Counted from the first letter of the stretch, positions 31,977 to 43,226 are shown. The stretch is 64,000 bases of DNA from Thecamonas trahens ATCC 50062 (GCF_000142905.1 NW_013657647.1:241828-305827), one strand, 5' to 3'. The notes: generated from the sequence alone by a model not told the origin. Numbers and translations: made by a program.

Positions 31977-33353
31977 ATGAGCGCCGCCGGGACAAACGCA
32001 GGCGGGAGCGATGGCGATGGCGGAGCAGTAGACTCGGCGGGGAAGAGGAGGGCAAGTGGATGGACGGGACCGATTGCCATGCAGACACGTGTTGTGCACG
32101 CGGACGATGAGCTGGCGCATGCACTCTACCGCGGCGGAAGCGGCGACATCGCGCCGCCGTTGCACGCCTCGACCACTTTTTCCGTGGATAATCCGCTCGG
32201 CTTTGCCTACGCGCGCACCACTGGCACGCCCGTCACCGCACGGGTGGAAGCCGTCCTGAGCGAGCTTGAAGGCGGCTTCCCTGCTGTCGTCTTTGCCTCG
32301 GGCCTGGCCGCCACCCACGCCGCCTTGGAGGCTCTAACCGACCTGGTGGCGGCCAGGGAGGAGGAGGCAGGGGCTGGGGAGGGGCAGGGAGCTGGGGAGG
32401 GGCAAGGGGGAGTCGCCGATGGTGTGACCGTCATCATGCAGCACGGATACCATGGCTCGCAGCTGGTGGCGCGTGCGCGGTGCGGCGGGAGGAAGATGCG
32501 GCTGGTGGTGGTGGAGGACATCGAGGATGCCCTGGATGCCGGCGAGCTGGTCCTTGATCGTCGATGCGTGGTATGGGCAGAGACACCGTCGAACCCGTTC
32601 AACACCGTAGTTGACGTCGAGGCGCTCGCAGAGAGAGTCCACCTTGCCGGCGGGCTGCTTGCTGTCGATGCCACCTTTGCCACGCCGTACACTCTCCGGC
32701 CGCTGGCAGTCGGCGCCGACATGACCGTTCACTCGGCCACAAAGTACCTCGGCGGGCACTCGGACGTGCTTGCAGGCGTGGCTGCTGCCGCCGATCCCGA
32801 GCTAGTGGCTGGCTTGCAGCGATCGCGACTCCACGGCGGAGCCTGCCTCGGGGCGCTCGAGACCTGGCTTCTGTTGCGCTCGCTGAGGACCTTCCCGCTG
32901 CGGATCAAGAGCCAGTGCGCGTCGGCGACGGCGATGGCGGCGGCCTTGGCCGATCATCCGCGTGTGGCCACCGTCTGGCATGCATCGCTGGAGAGTCATC
33001 CGAGCCACGCCCGCGCGGTGCGGTCAATGACCAGCGGCTTTGGAGCCGTTGTCACCATCGACGTTGGGTCCGGGCCTGCAGCCGAGGCCTTTGTGGCGCA
33101 CCTGAAGCTCTTTGCCAACGCCACCTCGCTCGGCGGCGTCGAGTCGATGGCGGACATCCGCAGGCGGTGGGACGCGACCATCGAGCCGGGCGTCGTCCGC
33201 CTCTCTGTTGGCCTTGAGGACGCCGACGATCTCATCGCGGACGTGCTGGGGGCACTCGACGCGCTCAATGACAGCACAGCGTTTACTCCGAGTCCGAGTC
33301 GGACGACGAGCCCGAGCGGCTCGGGGCCGGCGATGCGAGGAACTCTTCCTTGA
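31977..33353 (+). CDS. Cys/Met metabolism PLP enzyme (cystathionine gamma-synthase/lyase family)
   Basis: FASGLAA, ETPSNP, VDATFATP, HSATKYLGGHSD, ATSLGGVES and RLSVGLED motifs. Confidence 0.92.
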   Translation: MSAAGTNAGGSDGDGGAVDSAGKRRASGWTGPIAMQTRVVHADDELAHALYRGGSGDIAPPLHASTTFSVDNPLGFAYARTTGTPVTARVEAVLSELEGGFPAVVFASGLAATHAALEALTDLVAAREEEAGAGEGQGAGEGQGGVADGVTVIMQHGYHGSQLVARARCGGRKMRLVVVEDIEDALDAGELVLDRRCVVWAETPSNPFNTVVDVEALAERVHLAGGLLAVDATFATPYTLRPLAVGADMTVHSATKYLGGHSDVLAGVAAAADPELVAGLQRSRLHGGACLGALETWLLLRSLRTFPLRIKSQCASATAMAAALADHPRVATVWHASLESHPSHARAVRSMTSGFGAVVTIDVGSGPAAEAFVAHLKLFANATSLGGVESMADIRRRWDATIEPGVVRLSVGLEDADDLIADVLGALDALNDSTAFTPSPSRTTSPSGSGPAMRGTLP

Positions 33354-34372
33354 AGCCGTGCTCTGTGACCCAGCGCCAGAACTCGTCAAACTCGATTAAA
33401 CCCGAGCCGTTGTCGTCGAGCTCCTCGATGACGTCTGTCACGGCGTCCTCGGTCAAGTTCATCAGCTCGGTCTTGCCCTTGATCACGCCAATGTCGTGGA
33501 AGAGCGATCGCAGCTCGCTCCGGTCGATGCCGCCCGAGCCGTCGGCGTCGTAAAAGTTGAACATGAACTTGAACAGCTTGTGCTCGACTTCGTTGTCGTC
33601 AAGCTGGACCTTACCGACCTTGAGCAGCATGGAGAAGACTGTCGGTCAGTGCGGGAAGGCACCAGCATGTCCATCACCCGCGAGTGGCAAGCCAACAAAA
33701 TCACAATCACCAAGTAGAACACGATCACCACGTCCATCACGATCACCACGTCCATCACGATCACCACGTCCATGACAATCACCACGTCCATGACAATCAC
33801 CACGTCCATGACAATCACCACGTCCATCACGATCACCACGTCCATTACAATCACCACGTCCATCACGATCACCACGTCCACCCGCCCCATGCCCAGCCCC
33901 CCCATCGACATGAGTCCGGAACGGAGATNNNNNNNNNNNNNNNNNNNNNNNNNNNNNNNNNNNNNNNNNNNNNNNNNNNNNNNNNNNNNNNNNNNNNNNN
34001 NNNNNNNNNNNNNNNNNNNNNNNNNNNNNNNNNNNNNNNNNNNNNNNNNNNNNNNNNNNNNNNNNNNNNNNNNNNNNNNNNNNNNNNNNNNNNNNNNNNN
34101 NNNNNNNNNNNNNNNNNNNNNNNNNNNNNNNNNNNNNNNNNNNNNNNNNNNNNNNNNNNNNNNNNNNNNNNNNNNNNNNNNNNNNNNNNNNNNNNNNNNN
34201 NNNNNNNNNNNNNNNNNNNNNNNNNNNNNNNNNNNNNNNNNNNNNNNNNNNNNNNNNNNNNTTCCCCCCCCCCACGCCACCTACGGTCCTTGCTCCCGTC
34301 CACGGGTATGTCGAAAAAGGTGAAAATAGGCGCAAACTGCTCCCGCAGGAGACGCAGTCTGTCGTCGGACAT
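33283..34372 (-). CDS. EF-hand calcium-binding protein, multi-exon, spanning a gap
   Basis: Last exon (acceptor CTGAC..CAG near 33639) has DADGSGGIDRSE and DDNGSGLIEFDE loops. Probable first exon MSDDRLRLLREQFAPIFTFFDIPVDG from 34372; middle exons may lie in the gap. Confidence 0.7.
33717..33879. repeat. Intronic 18-bp minisatellite, about 9 copies
   Basis: Unit cat(c/g/t)ac(g/a)atcaccacgtc. Confidence 0.92.
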
Positions 34373-34764
34373 CCTACGCACACAACAGAGTGGGATGTGC
34401 TCTCTTCAACACTACCCCCCCCACTTCGACGCTCTTGCCCCTCACTCCTGTGGCATGTCCTCTCTTGCGCGTGCCTCGGCTGACTTCGTTCCGCAACGAA
34501 GAGAAGGGGTTTTTCTTCATTATATTTTTTCCCCCGGCCCCTCCCCCACCCTCCGCCATCACCATCTGCAGGCTTATTGGCCGCTTGACAGGCATGGGTA
34601 GAGGCGATGGTACAAAGGGGTGGCTCGGATGTGAGTGGAGTTGATGAAGTATGTTGAGGTGCAAGTGGAGGAATGGGAGTTGCACGTGTGCGGGGTTCTG
34701 TGTGGAGAGAGGCCACAAGTCGACAGAGTGAAGTCGCAGGCTGCGAACCGCGGGAAGGAGGTTG

Positions 34765-35904
34765 CTACGCGACCGTCTCCACGGGCGCACAGCGGATGGT
34801 GCGGATGCGGGTGGTGCTTGGAGTAGCCGGCTCTGATCCCACGAGCCGCCCATTTCCGGTTTCCTCGGTTGACCGCGGCCGGCAAACGAGGGCGGTATGG
34901 ATGCGGATGCGGTACTCGCACGTCCGGAGCTCCTCAATGTGCGCCAGCGACGCCGACGGCACCGATGGCTTACACGAGAAGACGAGCTCGGTCCGCCGCG
35001 GCTGCCCGGTCACGTCACACGCAGTGCCCGAGTCGTAGATCTGCGTCAGGTACGAGGGCTTCCACAGCCCGGGCAGCGCCGTAGCGGGATCCACCCCGCG
35101 CAGCGCCGCAGAGTCAAGATGCGACTCGACCTCGGCGAGTTGCGTTTCGGCGCTCTCGTCCGCGTTGTACACTCCGAGCTTGTAGTCTTGCGCAGAGTCG
35201 TGCCACTGCCGCAGATACCGGCCCATGCACAGCTTGTACTTCCACCAGCCGTACTCGTAGAGCAGGCACCGCCCGTTCAGCGGCGCGAGAACAGCCTCGA
35301 TGTCCGCAGCCGACAGCCCCCATCGCTCGAGCAGGCTCCCCTCGTCGTCGTCGGCCTCACCCTCGACTTTGTCCTTGTCCTTGACCACGACCGCAGGCGC
35401 GGCTTCGGCCTCGGCGGCGTCATCGGACTCGACCTGCGCCGCGTCCTCGCTCGCCAACTGACCTATATCAGCACCATCGAGCGCCGCCGCCAGCTGTTCG
35501 GGAAATGCCATGGTCCGCGGCAGAGCGCAGAGGTAGCGCGCACCCGAGTCGAGCTCGACGGGGACGAGGCGGGTGTTGCGATCGACGACCAGAGTCGGAT
35601 CGCTGGCGAGCTCGCGGAGCTCTACCCTGACCACATCGGCCACGCCTGGCGCCGCAAGTACAGCAGATGATCCCGCTCGGGCTAGCCCCAGCGGCGTCAG
35701 TGGCGGAGCAGCAAAGATCGACTGAGTCGCGCTTCGCAGCGACGGCAGGAACGCCGCCCGGGCCACAGCCAGAGTCTTGCTCGTCGACGGGGAGCCACCG
35801 CCGGCACGCCCCTGCAGCTTCCCGTCGACAACCACCGCTGCCGCTGCCACTGCCACCACCGCCACCACCACTGCTAGTGACGGTATACCCCGTATGCGCA
35901 CCAT
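34765..35904 (-). CDS. OS-9/erlectin-like ER lectin (MRH/PRKCSH domain)
   Basis: Signal peptide; CLLYEYGWWKYKLC.G..RQWH, YDSGTACDVTGQPRRTELVFSC and IEELRTCEY motifs. Confidence 0.88.
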   Translation of the reverse strand: MVRIRGIPSLAVVVAVVAVAAAAVVVDGKLQGRAGGGSPSTSKTLAVARAAFLPSLRSATQSIFAAPPLTPLGLARAGSSAVLAAPGVADVVRVELRELASDPTLVVDRNTRLVPVELDSGARYLCALPRTMAFPEQLAAALDGADIGQLASEDAAQVESDDAAEAEAAPAVVVKDKDKVEGEADDDEGSLLERWGLSAADIEAVLAPLNGRCLLYEYGWWKYKLCMGRYLRQWHDSAQDYKLGVYNADESAETQLAEVESHLDSAALRGVDPATALPGLWKPSYLTQIYDSGTACDVTGQPRRTELVFSCKPSVPSASLAHIEELRTCEYRIRIHTALVCRPRSTEETGNGRLVGSEPATPSTTRIRTIRCAPVETVA

Positions 35905-36104
35905 GACAAGTATGGCTGCTCCAACCGTGAGTGGCCGGTTGGCAACCGGCGGCGGGTGGCAACCGGCGGCTGGCAAGCAGGCGACGTAGTCAAGGAAGAG
36001 AAGGGAGGGGGAAGAAGGGAGGGCCGGGCGGCGGGGAGACAATTTTTTTTAAACGGGCAAAGTGTGGATGGGGAGGGAGGGAGGGACGGTTGAGCGCTCG
36101 ACAA

Positions 36105-37145
36105 CTACACGTGGAGCATTTGGATCTGGTCGTTGTAGGCGATGGCGATCCAGTCTGGGTGTTGTGCGGACCACTGGAGCTGGTTGATCTCGGCGTCTGC
36201 GGTGTAGCAGAGGATGGGCTCGGTGAGGGTGGCGGGCATGGAGGAGACGTCCCAGATGTAGGCTTGGCGGTCGTCGCCTGCGGTGCAGATGTGGCACGAG
36301 GAGTGCGGGGCCCATGCGACCGAGTTGACGGCCGCCGAGTGGCCGCCAAGGCGGGCAGCGGCGAGCGAGGGGACGCGGATGTCGATGATGGAGACCTCAG
36401 GCGAGTCCATGGTGATGGTGGCCAGGTAGTTGGGGTCCTGGATGTTCCACGAGAGGCGGAGGAGCGGAACATTGCCCTGGGTCTCAAACACGATGGTCGA
36501 GTGCTTGAGCTGGCGGCGGTCAAACATGCGGATGGAGCCGTCTGCGCCGACCGAGGCAAAGACGTGCGGACCGAGGGCGCCACGGCCAAAAGAGACATCG
36601 TAGACCTCCTTGTCGTGGGCAATGAGCTGTGTCAGGGCCTTCTCCCGCTCGAGGTCCCACACAGTGATGGTGGTGTCGATGGAGGAGGTGGCGACAATGT
36701 TGGCCTCGTGGCGGTTCCAGTCGAACGAGGTGAGGGGAGCGCAGAACTCTGTGTTCCTGTTGTTGTTGTACAGCTTGAGCATCTTCATCTTGGGCTTGCC
36801 AGAGAGCTCATGGCCCTCGACGATGTTCCACAGACGGAGGTAGTCACCGGTCGTGGCCACCAGATCACGATCAAAGTCCTGGTGCGGGTTGAACATGATC
36901 TTGGTGGTGGGATAGGGATGGGAGAGCATAGCCTGCGACTCAAACTTTGTCTTGGCATCATTGAGCTGAATGAGCTCGACCTTGTTCGAGTACTCCTCCA
37001 CAAACGAGCCGACGGCAAGTCGGAACGGACGGTCCTCCCGCTCAGACCACGCCAGTCCGTACGTCGACCACGGCGCATTGTAGGTGTAGATCTCCTTCTG
37101 CGGCGCCACCTTGCTGTTCTTGCCTGTGCCCGACACGTCAGCCAT
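36105..37145 (-). CDS. DCAF7: DCAF7/WDR68 (AN11/TTG1 family) WD40 protein
   Basis: FRLAVGSFVEEYSNKV, HPYPTTK, CAPLTSFDWN, TQLIAHDKEVYD and FASVGADGSIRMFD motifs. Confidence 0.95.
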   Translation of the reverse strand: MADVSGTGKNSKVAPQKEIYTYNAPWSTYGLAWSEREDRPFRLAVGSFVEEYSNKVELIQLNDAKTKFESQAMLSHPYPTTKIMFNPHQDFDRDLVATTGDYLRLWNIVEGHELSGKPKMKMLKLYNNNRNTEFCAPLTSFDWNRHEANIVATSSIDTTITVWDLEREKALTQLIAHDKEVYDVSFGRGALGPHVFASVGADGSIRMFDRRQLKHSTIVFETQGNVPLLRLSWNIQDPNYLATITMDSPEVSIIDIRVPSLAAARLGGHSAAVNSVAWAPHSSCHICTAGDDRQAYIWDVSSMPATLTEPILCYTADAEINQLQWSAQHPDWIAIAYNDQIQMLHV

Positions 37146-38129
37146 GGTGATTGGGGGGGGGGGGGGAGGGGGGGGTATGAGGGAGAAAGGTGGTGGGTGT
37201 GGGTGTGGTGGTGGTCCTGGTGGTTCCCGGGGTGGTGCGTGCGGTGTCTCCCAGTCACAACTGCCCCCCCTCTCCCCGTCGTCGTTGTCCGGGAACACTC
37301 GCTGTGACTGACTTCCGTTTCGATGAGTCGCACAACGAACGGAGGGGAGGTCCTGCCGGGGGGGGGGGGATAGGGGATAATCAATGATTCATCGATAAAT
37401 ACATGGGGGAGACGGGGGGGGCCATCNNNNNNNNNNNNNNNNNNNNNNNNNNNNNNNNNNNNNNNNNNNNNNNNNNNNNNNNNNNNNNNNNNNNNNNNNN
37501 NNNNNNNNNNNNNNNNNNNNNNNNNNNNNGTTCATGCCTCACCAGCAATCGCTTCGAGGTAGAGAAGGTGATGGGGGGATTGGAGGGGATGGCCAAAGGG
37601 TTGGTTGGGCGGGAATGGGGAGGGAGTCATCGGCTGCTGTTTTGACAATGCCAAGCGAGGTGATGATGAGTCTGGTGACCAATCGATATCTTCATCGACG
37701 CGCTACTGATCCATCGGCATGGCATGCAACCATCCATGTCACACTTTGCCATACACGGCCATCGTCGGACCAGCATGGATATGCATGCTGCGCTGGGGAG
37801 TTACTCAAATTTCAAATATGCCCCTACCAAACCCCATCGCGCTCTACGCGCCCCATGGCCACCGATCGACCCCCCCCCCCCCCCCCCCCCCGCCCAGGCA
37901 CGATCACTGGCACGTGCGGCGCGCGCGCATCGCCTCCTCCCGGCCATCCCCACATCCCCCCTCCCCCCCATTGATCGCACAAGCTGGGTTGCCCGGCGCA
38001 GGGCAGACGAATCGGCACGTGTCAGCACCAGCGGCGCCTCCCTCCGGCGGTGGCGGCAGGGGAGCAGGCGGCCGACAGGTAGGCATAGCACACCTCTCGC
38101 ACGGTCACCTCTCCTGACACGGGCAGGCC

Positions 38130-41100
38130 ATGCATGCGCTGGCGTGGATAGCGGTTGCGCTGCTTGTGGTGAGCATTCTCGCGGTCGTCCTCCTTGTGGC
38201 CGGGAGCAAGTGGTGTGGCCAGAGCGAGGAGCAGTACCTCTTGCTGGCGGCCAGCCAGGAGCAAGGGACACATGGCGCGGGTGGCGGTGGCAATCTGCTG
38301 ATGACGGTGCCTGCGAGTAATGGATCTCGCGGCAGAGGAGACGGTGCGTCCGAGACTACCGCTTTGCTCTCCTCACATGGCTCGCGCATCAGCGTCAATG
38401 GCTATCAGACGGCAGTCGGTAGTCTCAGCAATGGCGACGTGGACGACAATGGGCCGGGCTCGGCTCTTCCGCCGCCGGCAATCTCGGGCGATGGCGTTCG
38501 TATTCTCTCCAAGGAGTTCTGGATTCCTGACGCGGCGGCGCCGGCATGTGCAGAGTGCGCTGCTCTTTTCAACTTTATCCGTCGGAGGCATCATTGCCGT
38601 CTCTGTGGACTCGTCTTTTGCGCATCGTGCTCGCAGTACCGCCTCGATGGCGCCCTCTTTGGCCGCGTTGATTTGCAGCGGACGTGCAAGCCGTGTCACG
38701 ACTCGTTTCTGGAGGCTCGCGCGGCGTCGAGGCTCATTGCTCGCACGCCTGACGCTGACAATGACCGCAGTTGTGCTGACAGCGACGCGCGTGACCTGGT
38801 GCCTGCTGGAGACGGCCGCGAGTCAGATGGCGACCCAGCCGCCGGAGTCGGAGCCAGCGCAGAGGCAGCCACCTCACGTCGGCTGGCCCGCGCATCTTCG
38901 GGCGTGCTCGAGCCGATGCAGCCGCAAGCCGGTGGCGGCTCGGCGGTCTCGTTCCACATTCCGGCAGGCACCCGCCGCGAGTCGGGCGGCGCGCTGGTTG
39001 CTGGCCCACTGCGTGCGCTCGAGTCGGCGCTGGCTGCCGCCGCTGATGGCGCAGGCTCCCGCCGCATTCGCTCGATTGCCGCCCAGCAGCGTTCCCGCGG
39101 CATGCGGACCGAGTCGCAGACACGCATCATCGGCATGCTCTCGCCCATGTCGTCGTCGCGGAAACACGCCCGTATCCATTCGGTCCATCCCAGGAGCGTT
39201 GACAACGAGACCGAGAAAGCCGACGCCCATCGTGTGGGTAGGGCTTCTGCCAAGCCTCGCGCCGGCGGCGTCGACTCCCCGCAGGTCTCCGACATTGAAC
39301 CGGTCTCGGAGTCCGAGACCGATTCGGAGACTGGCTGCTCGCCTACCTCCTCCCTGCGCAGGAAACAGGCTCGCATCCGGGCCTCACTCAACTTTGAAGG
39401 CCCTTCGAGCGTGAACCATGTCTCGTCGGACTCATCTGGGTCTAGCCGCCACTGCGAGGGCGAGGAGTCAGACGACGGCGAGGCCGACGGCGACGAGACT
39501 GTCATCGACCGCAATGAGGCCTCATCCGCGACTGCGCGCCGGCTGGCAACCGCACTCAACGTCTCTAACATGGATCTTATCTCCGCAATGGACCTCGCGT
39601 CAGCAGCGCTCGCCGAAGACATTAACGATCTCGACGAGGTGTGGAACTCGACAACTGCGGCCGATGCCGACATGGGCGGCGCAAGCCAGAGCTCGTCCAA
39701 GCGCTCCAGCTTCCGGGCCGGTGCCATGCACACCTTTTCCGGCCGCGACTTTGCCGCACTCGGCTTTAACCGGCACAAACACAAGCCGGCGACAAAGTTG
39801 GCGAACTCGGGCTCGGACTCGGGCTCGGACTCGGACTCGTCAGTGTTGTTGTCTAGTCGAGATGACGTGCCGTCGCTCGGAGTTGAGACGGCGAGCATGA
39901 TGCGGTCTGCGTCGCTCACGGCGCTTCCACGTCCGGAGCAAGTCGATGATGCAAGGGCACCTCAGCACGCTTGCGCTCGCGCTCAGGTGCTCGAGGAGCT
40001 TACTCACACGTACGATGCATACAGCGGCCTCGTTCTCCAAGAGGCGCTGGCGGTGGAGAGGCTGCCGGCGCTGTGGGAGAAACCGCTGGCGGAGCTTGGG
40101 CGGGAGGCTGCGGCGCACGTGGCTCCGTCGGCTATGCCTGGCGACGAGCTCGACGTCCGAGCGTACATCCACCAGGAGTATGTGGCGGGCGGTGAGGTCC
40201 GCGAGTCACGAGTCATTCTCGGCTCGGTCACCTTTAAGCGCGTGGCGCATAAGAAGATGGCAACGTCGATTGGCCACCCGCGGATTCTGCTGCTCGCTGG
40301 CTCGCTTGAGCACGAGCGGCAAGGTGCCTCGTCGATGCTGACCAACTTTGACACGCTGCTTGTGCAGGAGCGCGAGTTTCTGCGGCTGCAGGTGGCCAAA
40401 ATCATGGACGTCAACCCGCAGGTGGTCGTGGTGGCGGGGAGTGTGTCGCGACTGGCGCTCGACTTTTTGCTCAAGGCCGGCGTCACGCTTATCCCATCGG
40501 CTGGCCTGCATCTCTGCGTCCGGCTTGCACGTCAGACCGGAGCCACGGTCCTCACCTCTGTCGACGCCATCCGCGCCAACCCGGGAGTGCTCGGCTCGTG
40601 CGTGCGGTTCCGGTCCGAGGTGCTGAGCACGCCGGGCGGCGGACGGAAGCACATGCTGGTGTTTGACGGGACACCGCCATCGCTAGGAGTCACACTCTTG
40701 CTGCGCGGGAGAGCGCCACCAGGTTGGCTGCCGCGCATCGGGCCCAGCAGCTTCGAGGCTGTTCTCGACGCGCTTGTCCAGCTCTCGGTCTTTTCATCGA
40801 TGCACGCGCTGCTGGAGGCATCGCTGCTGGCCGATGAGGGCGCGGTGTACGCAGAATCGTACGGCCTGTGGCTGGCGGAGCGAGCACAGCTGAGCGGGCG
40901 CCCTTTCTCTCGCGAATGGACCGAGTGGGTGGACTGTGGGCGGCGAGCCGCCGGCTACGCTGAGCTCGGGCCAAACGCGGTGGCATACAGCCGCTCGTTT
41001 GCGCGGCGGCACCTCTCGCTCACGCCTGGTGTATACCTTAATCCGCGGTACACTGACGAGTATCCAGAGGCTGCGCACATTTCACCGGTCGATGGCGGGC

Positions 41101-43226
41101 GGGAGGTGGAGAATGGTGGGCAGGCGGTGGCGGCGGCGGCAGTCGCGGCCGCGGTTGGCGCCGCGGGTGTCGGACTGGGGTCTGACGGGGCGAACGGCGA
41201 GATCTCGCTCGCATCGCGGACGCTCTCAACCCACAACCTCAATTCGGGCTCACAGCGCGGGGCCGAGGTCGAGGTGCTGCGACTGACGTCGGACCTAGTG
41301 CCTTCCCCGCAGGCGTCGCGGCGGAGCTCGCGGACCGGCGAGGGCGAGAATGATGAGGGTAATCTATGCGTGGCGTCTGCGTTTGAGTACCAGGACCTGC
41401 GGGTCCTGTTCACGACGGCGTCGATGTACAAGCCGGAGCCGTGCTGCATCCCGCACGCGCAGGTCCTGGAGTTCTACCAAGGCTCGGACATGACGCTCGG
41501 GCAGTACGTGGAGGTGTGTTTTGACCTGAGCAACACGTGCCGGCAAGTCAACTGCCAGCGAGACATGCTGGCGCATGTGTGTACGTACGCGCATGCCGGC
41601 GGCGCGGTGCATGTGCGGGTGGCGCGGCTGGAGGAGCCGCTGCCTGGGGTGGGCGACGACGAGCTGGTCATGTGGTCGGCGTGCCAGGTGTGCGAGGAGG
41701 TGACGGCGGTGCGGCCTGTGAGTGGGGCGACGTGGATGCTCTCATTTGGCAAGTACCTGGAGGCGACGTTCTACCCGGTGCCTGTGGCGGTCCGCGGCGG
41801 GTGCGAGCATCCTGTACACTCTGACCACGTGCGGCTCTTTGCGTGTGGCGGACTGGTGCTATCGTTCGAGTACGAGCCGTTGCGGCTGCTGTCCGTGGCC
41901 GGGCCCAATCGCCAGCTCAAGTTTGAGGCGCACACCAGCTATGCATTGCTCAACGCAGAACGTGCGTCGCTGCTGGCGCGGATGCAAGAAGCAGAGCATG
42001 CCGGGCACATGGAAGATGGACCGGATGCTCAGGAGCTTGTGGCGCGGGCCGAGGCTGCGGCATCGCGTGCCGAAGTGAGCGCGGTCTACCGCGAACTTGC
42101 GAGTGGGGTGGCACTGGCGGCGGGAAGCGACGAGAGTGAGGTGCTCGCGGTGTGGCAGCTGGAACACGTGCACTTTGGCCTCGAGCCGGTGATGCGGCGA
42201 TACGCGCCGTACCCTGTGGTGGACGACGAGCCGACGTCGCTGATTGGATATCTACTCGCGTCGCAGGGCTATGCAGACCAGATGCGGCAAGTGGGTGTGG
42301 AGGTTGATCCGGAGCGGATCGAGAGTGGGGCGATGGGCGAGGCTGAACATCGCGAGCTGCTGATGGCGGCACCGTCGTTTCGGGCGGAGCTCGAGTTTGG
42401 CTCGCGCGGGTTCCAGTTTTCGGTCAAAGCCTTTTACGCGGCGCCGTTCCACGCACTGCGTGCCAAGTACTGCGGCGGACAAGACAACGTGCTCGCGTCG
42501 CTGGCGCGGTGCGTCAAGTGGGCGGCGACGGGCGGCAAGACCGATTCTGAGTTTCTCAAGACGCTCGACGACCGGCTCATTCTGAAGGAGGTGCAAAAGG
42601 TAGAGATGGGTGCGTTCCTCGAGTTTGCACCGTCATACTTTGAGTACATGATGCGTGTGCTGTACGACGACGTGCCATCGCTGTTGGTCAAGTTCCTTGG
42701 GCTGTACAAGGTGGAGATCCGGTCGCGCGAGTCTGGCGTCAAATACCGCAAGTACGTGGTGCTGATGGAGAACCTGTTCTACGGCAAGAGCATCGACAAG
42801 GTGTTTGATCTCAAGGGCTCGGAGCGGTCACGGTACGTCAAGTCCAAGGCGCCGGACCAGGTGCTGATGGACGAGAACTTTCTGGAGTACATCTGGCAGT
42901 CACCGCTCTACGTCCGCGAGTACTCCAAGGTGTACCTGTATTCTGCGGTGTGCAACGACTCGCTCCTCCTCGCCTCGCTCAAGGTCATGGACTACTCACT
43001 CCTACTAGGCATCGACTACACAACCGGCGAGCTCACCGTCGGCATCATCGACTACATCCGGCAGTACACATGGGACAAGCACCTCGAGTCGTGGGTCAAG
43101 TCGACAGGCATCCTCGGCGGCGGCGGAAAGCGGCCGACCGTCATCTCGCCGCACCAGTACAAGGAGCGGTTCCGTCGAGCCATCAACCGATACTTTGTGG
43201 TTGTGCCAGACAAGCACACACGGTAG
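38130..43226 (+). CDS. PIKFYVE: Fab1/PIKfyve PI3P 5-kinase
   Basis: FYVE (WIPD..C..C..RRRHHCRLCG), CCT-like domain, Cys-rich CCR region, and PIPK domain (GGKT, DLKGS, MDYSLL, GIIDYIRQYTWDK). Confidence 0.95.
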   Translation: MHALAWIAVALLVVSILAVVLLVAGSKWCGQSEEQYLLLAASQEQGTHGAGGGGNLLMTVPASNGSRGRGDGASETTALLSSHGSRISVNGYQTAVGSLSNGDVDDNGPGSALPPPAISGDGVRILSKEFWIPDAAAPACAECAALFNFIRRRHHCRLCGLVFCASCSQYRLDGALFGRVDLQRTCKPCHDSFLEARAASRLIARTPDADNDRSCADSDARDLVPAGDGRESDGDPAAGVGASAEAATSRRLARASSGVLEPMQPQAGGGSAVSFHIPAGTRRESGGALVAGPLRALESALAAAADGAGSRRIRSIAAQQRSRGMRTESQTRIIGMLSPMSSSRKHARIHSVHPRSVDNETEKADAHRVGRASAKPRAGGVDSPQVSDIEPVSESETDSETGCSPTSSLRRKQARIRASLNFEGPSSVNHVSSDSSGSSRHCEGEESDDGEADGDETVIDRNEASSATARRLATALNVSNMDLISAMDLASAALAEDINDLDEVWNSTTAADADMGGASQSSSKRSSFRAGAMHTFSGRDFAALGFNRHKHKPATKLANSGSDSGSDSDSSVLLSSRDDVPSLGVETASMMRSASLTALPRPEQVDDARAPQHACARAQVLEELTHTYDAYSGLVLQEALAVERLPALWEKPLAELGREAAAHVAPSAMPGDELDVRAYIHQEYVAGGEVRESRVILGSVTFKRVAHKKMATSIGHPRILLLAGSLEHERQGASSMLTNFDTLLVQEREFLRLQVAKIMDVNPQVVVVAGSVSRLALDFLLKAGVTLIPSAGLHLCVRLARQTGATVLTSVDAIRANPGVLGSCVRFRSEVLSTPGGGRKHMLVFDGTPPSLGVTLLLRGRAPPGWLPRIGPSSFEAVLDALVQLSVFSSMHALLEASLLADEGAVYAESYGLWLAERAQLSGRPFSREWTEWVDCGRRAAGYAELGPNAVAYSRSFARRHLSLTPGVYLNPRYTDEYPEAAHISPVDGGREVENGGQAVAAAAVAAAVGAAGVGLGSDGANGEISLASRTLSTHNLNSGSQRGAEVEVLRLTSDLVPSPQASRRSSRTGEGENDEGNLCVASAFEYQDLRVLFTTASMYKPEPCCIPHAQVLEFYQGSDMTLGQYVEVCFDLSNTCRQVNCQRDMLAHVCTYAHAGGAVHVRVARLEEPLPGVGDDELVMWSACQVCEEVTAVRPVSGATWMLSFGKYLEATFYPVPVAVRGGCEHPVHSDHVRLFACGGLVLSFEYEPLRLLSVAGPNRQLKFEAHTSYALLNAERASLLARMQEAEHAGHMEDGPDAQELVARAEAAASRAEVSAVYRELASGVALAAGSDESEVLAVWQLEHVHFGLEPVMRRYAPYPVVDDEPTSLIGYLLASQGYADQMRQVGVEVDPERIESGAMGEAEHRELLMAAPSFRAELEFGSRGFQFSVKAFYAAPFHALRAKYCGGQDNVLASLARCVKWAATGGKTDSEFLKTLDDRLILKEVQKVEMGAFLEFAPSYFEYMMRVLYDDVPSLLVKFLGLYKVEIRSRESGVKYRKYVVLMENLFYGKSIDKVFDLKGSERSRYVKSKAPDQVLMDENFLEYIWQSPLYVREYSKVYLYSAVCNDSLLLASLKVMDYSLLLGIDYTTGELTVGIIDYIRQYTWDKHLESWVKSTGILGGGGKRPTVISPHQYKERFRRAINRYFVVVPDKHTR

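Noticed and set aside
33483-34716. Repeat-encoded ORFs (MDVVIV, HHDHHV) and ORFs running through N gaps
   Set aside because: Artefacts of intronic minisatellites and gaps.
21983-37307. Long antisense ORFs (e.g. 21983-23197, 24681-25850, 26931-28202, 35931-37307)
   Set aside because: Shadows of GC3-rich real genes on the opposite strand, with no motifs.
37655-37715. C/D snoRNA (TGATGA...CTGA)
   Set aside because: Too short, weak terminal stem and no identifiable guide.
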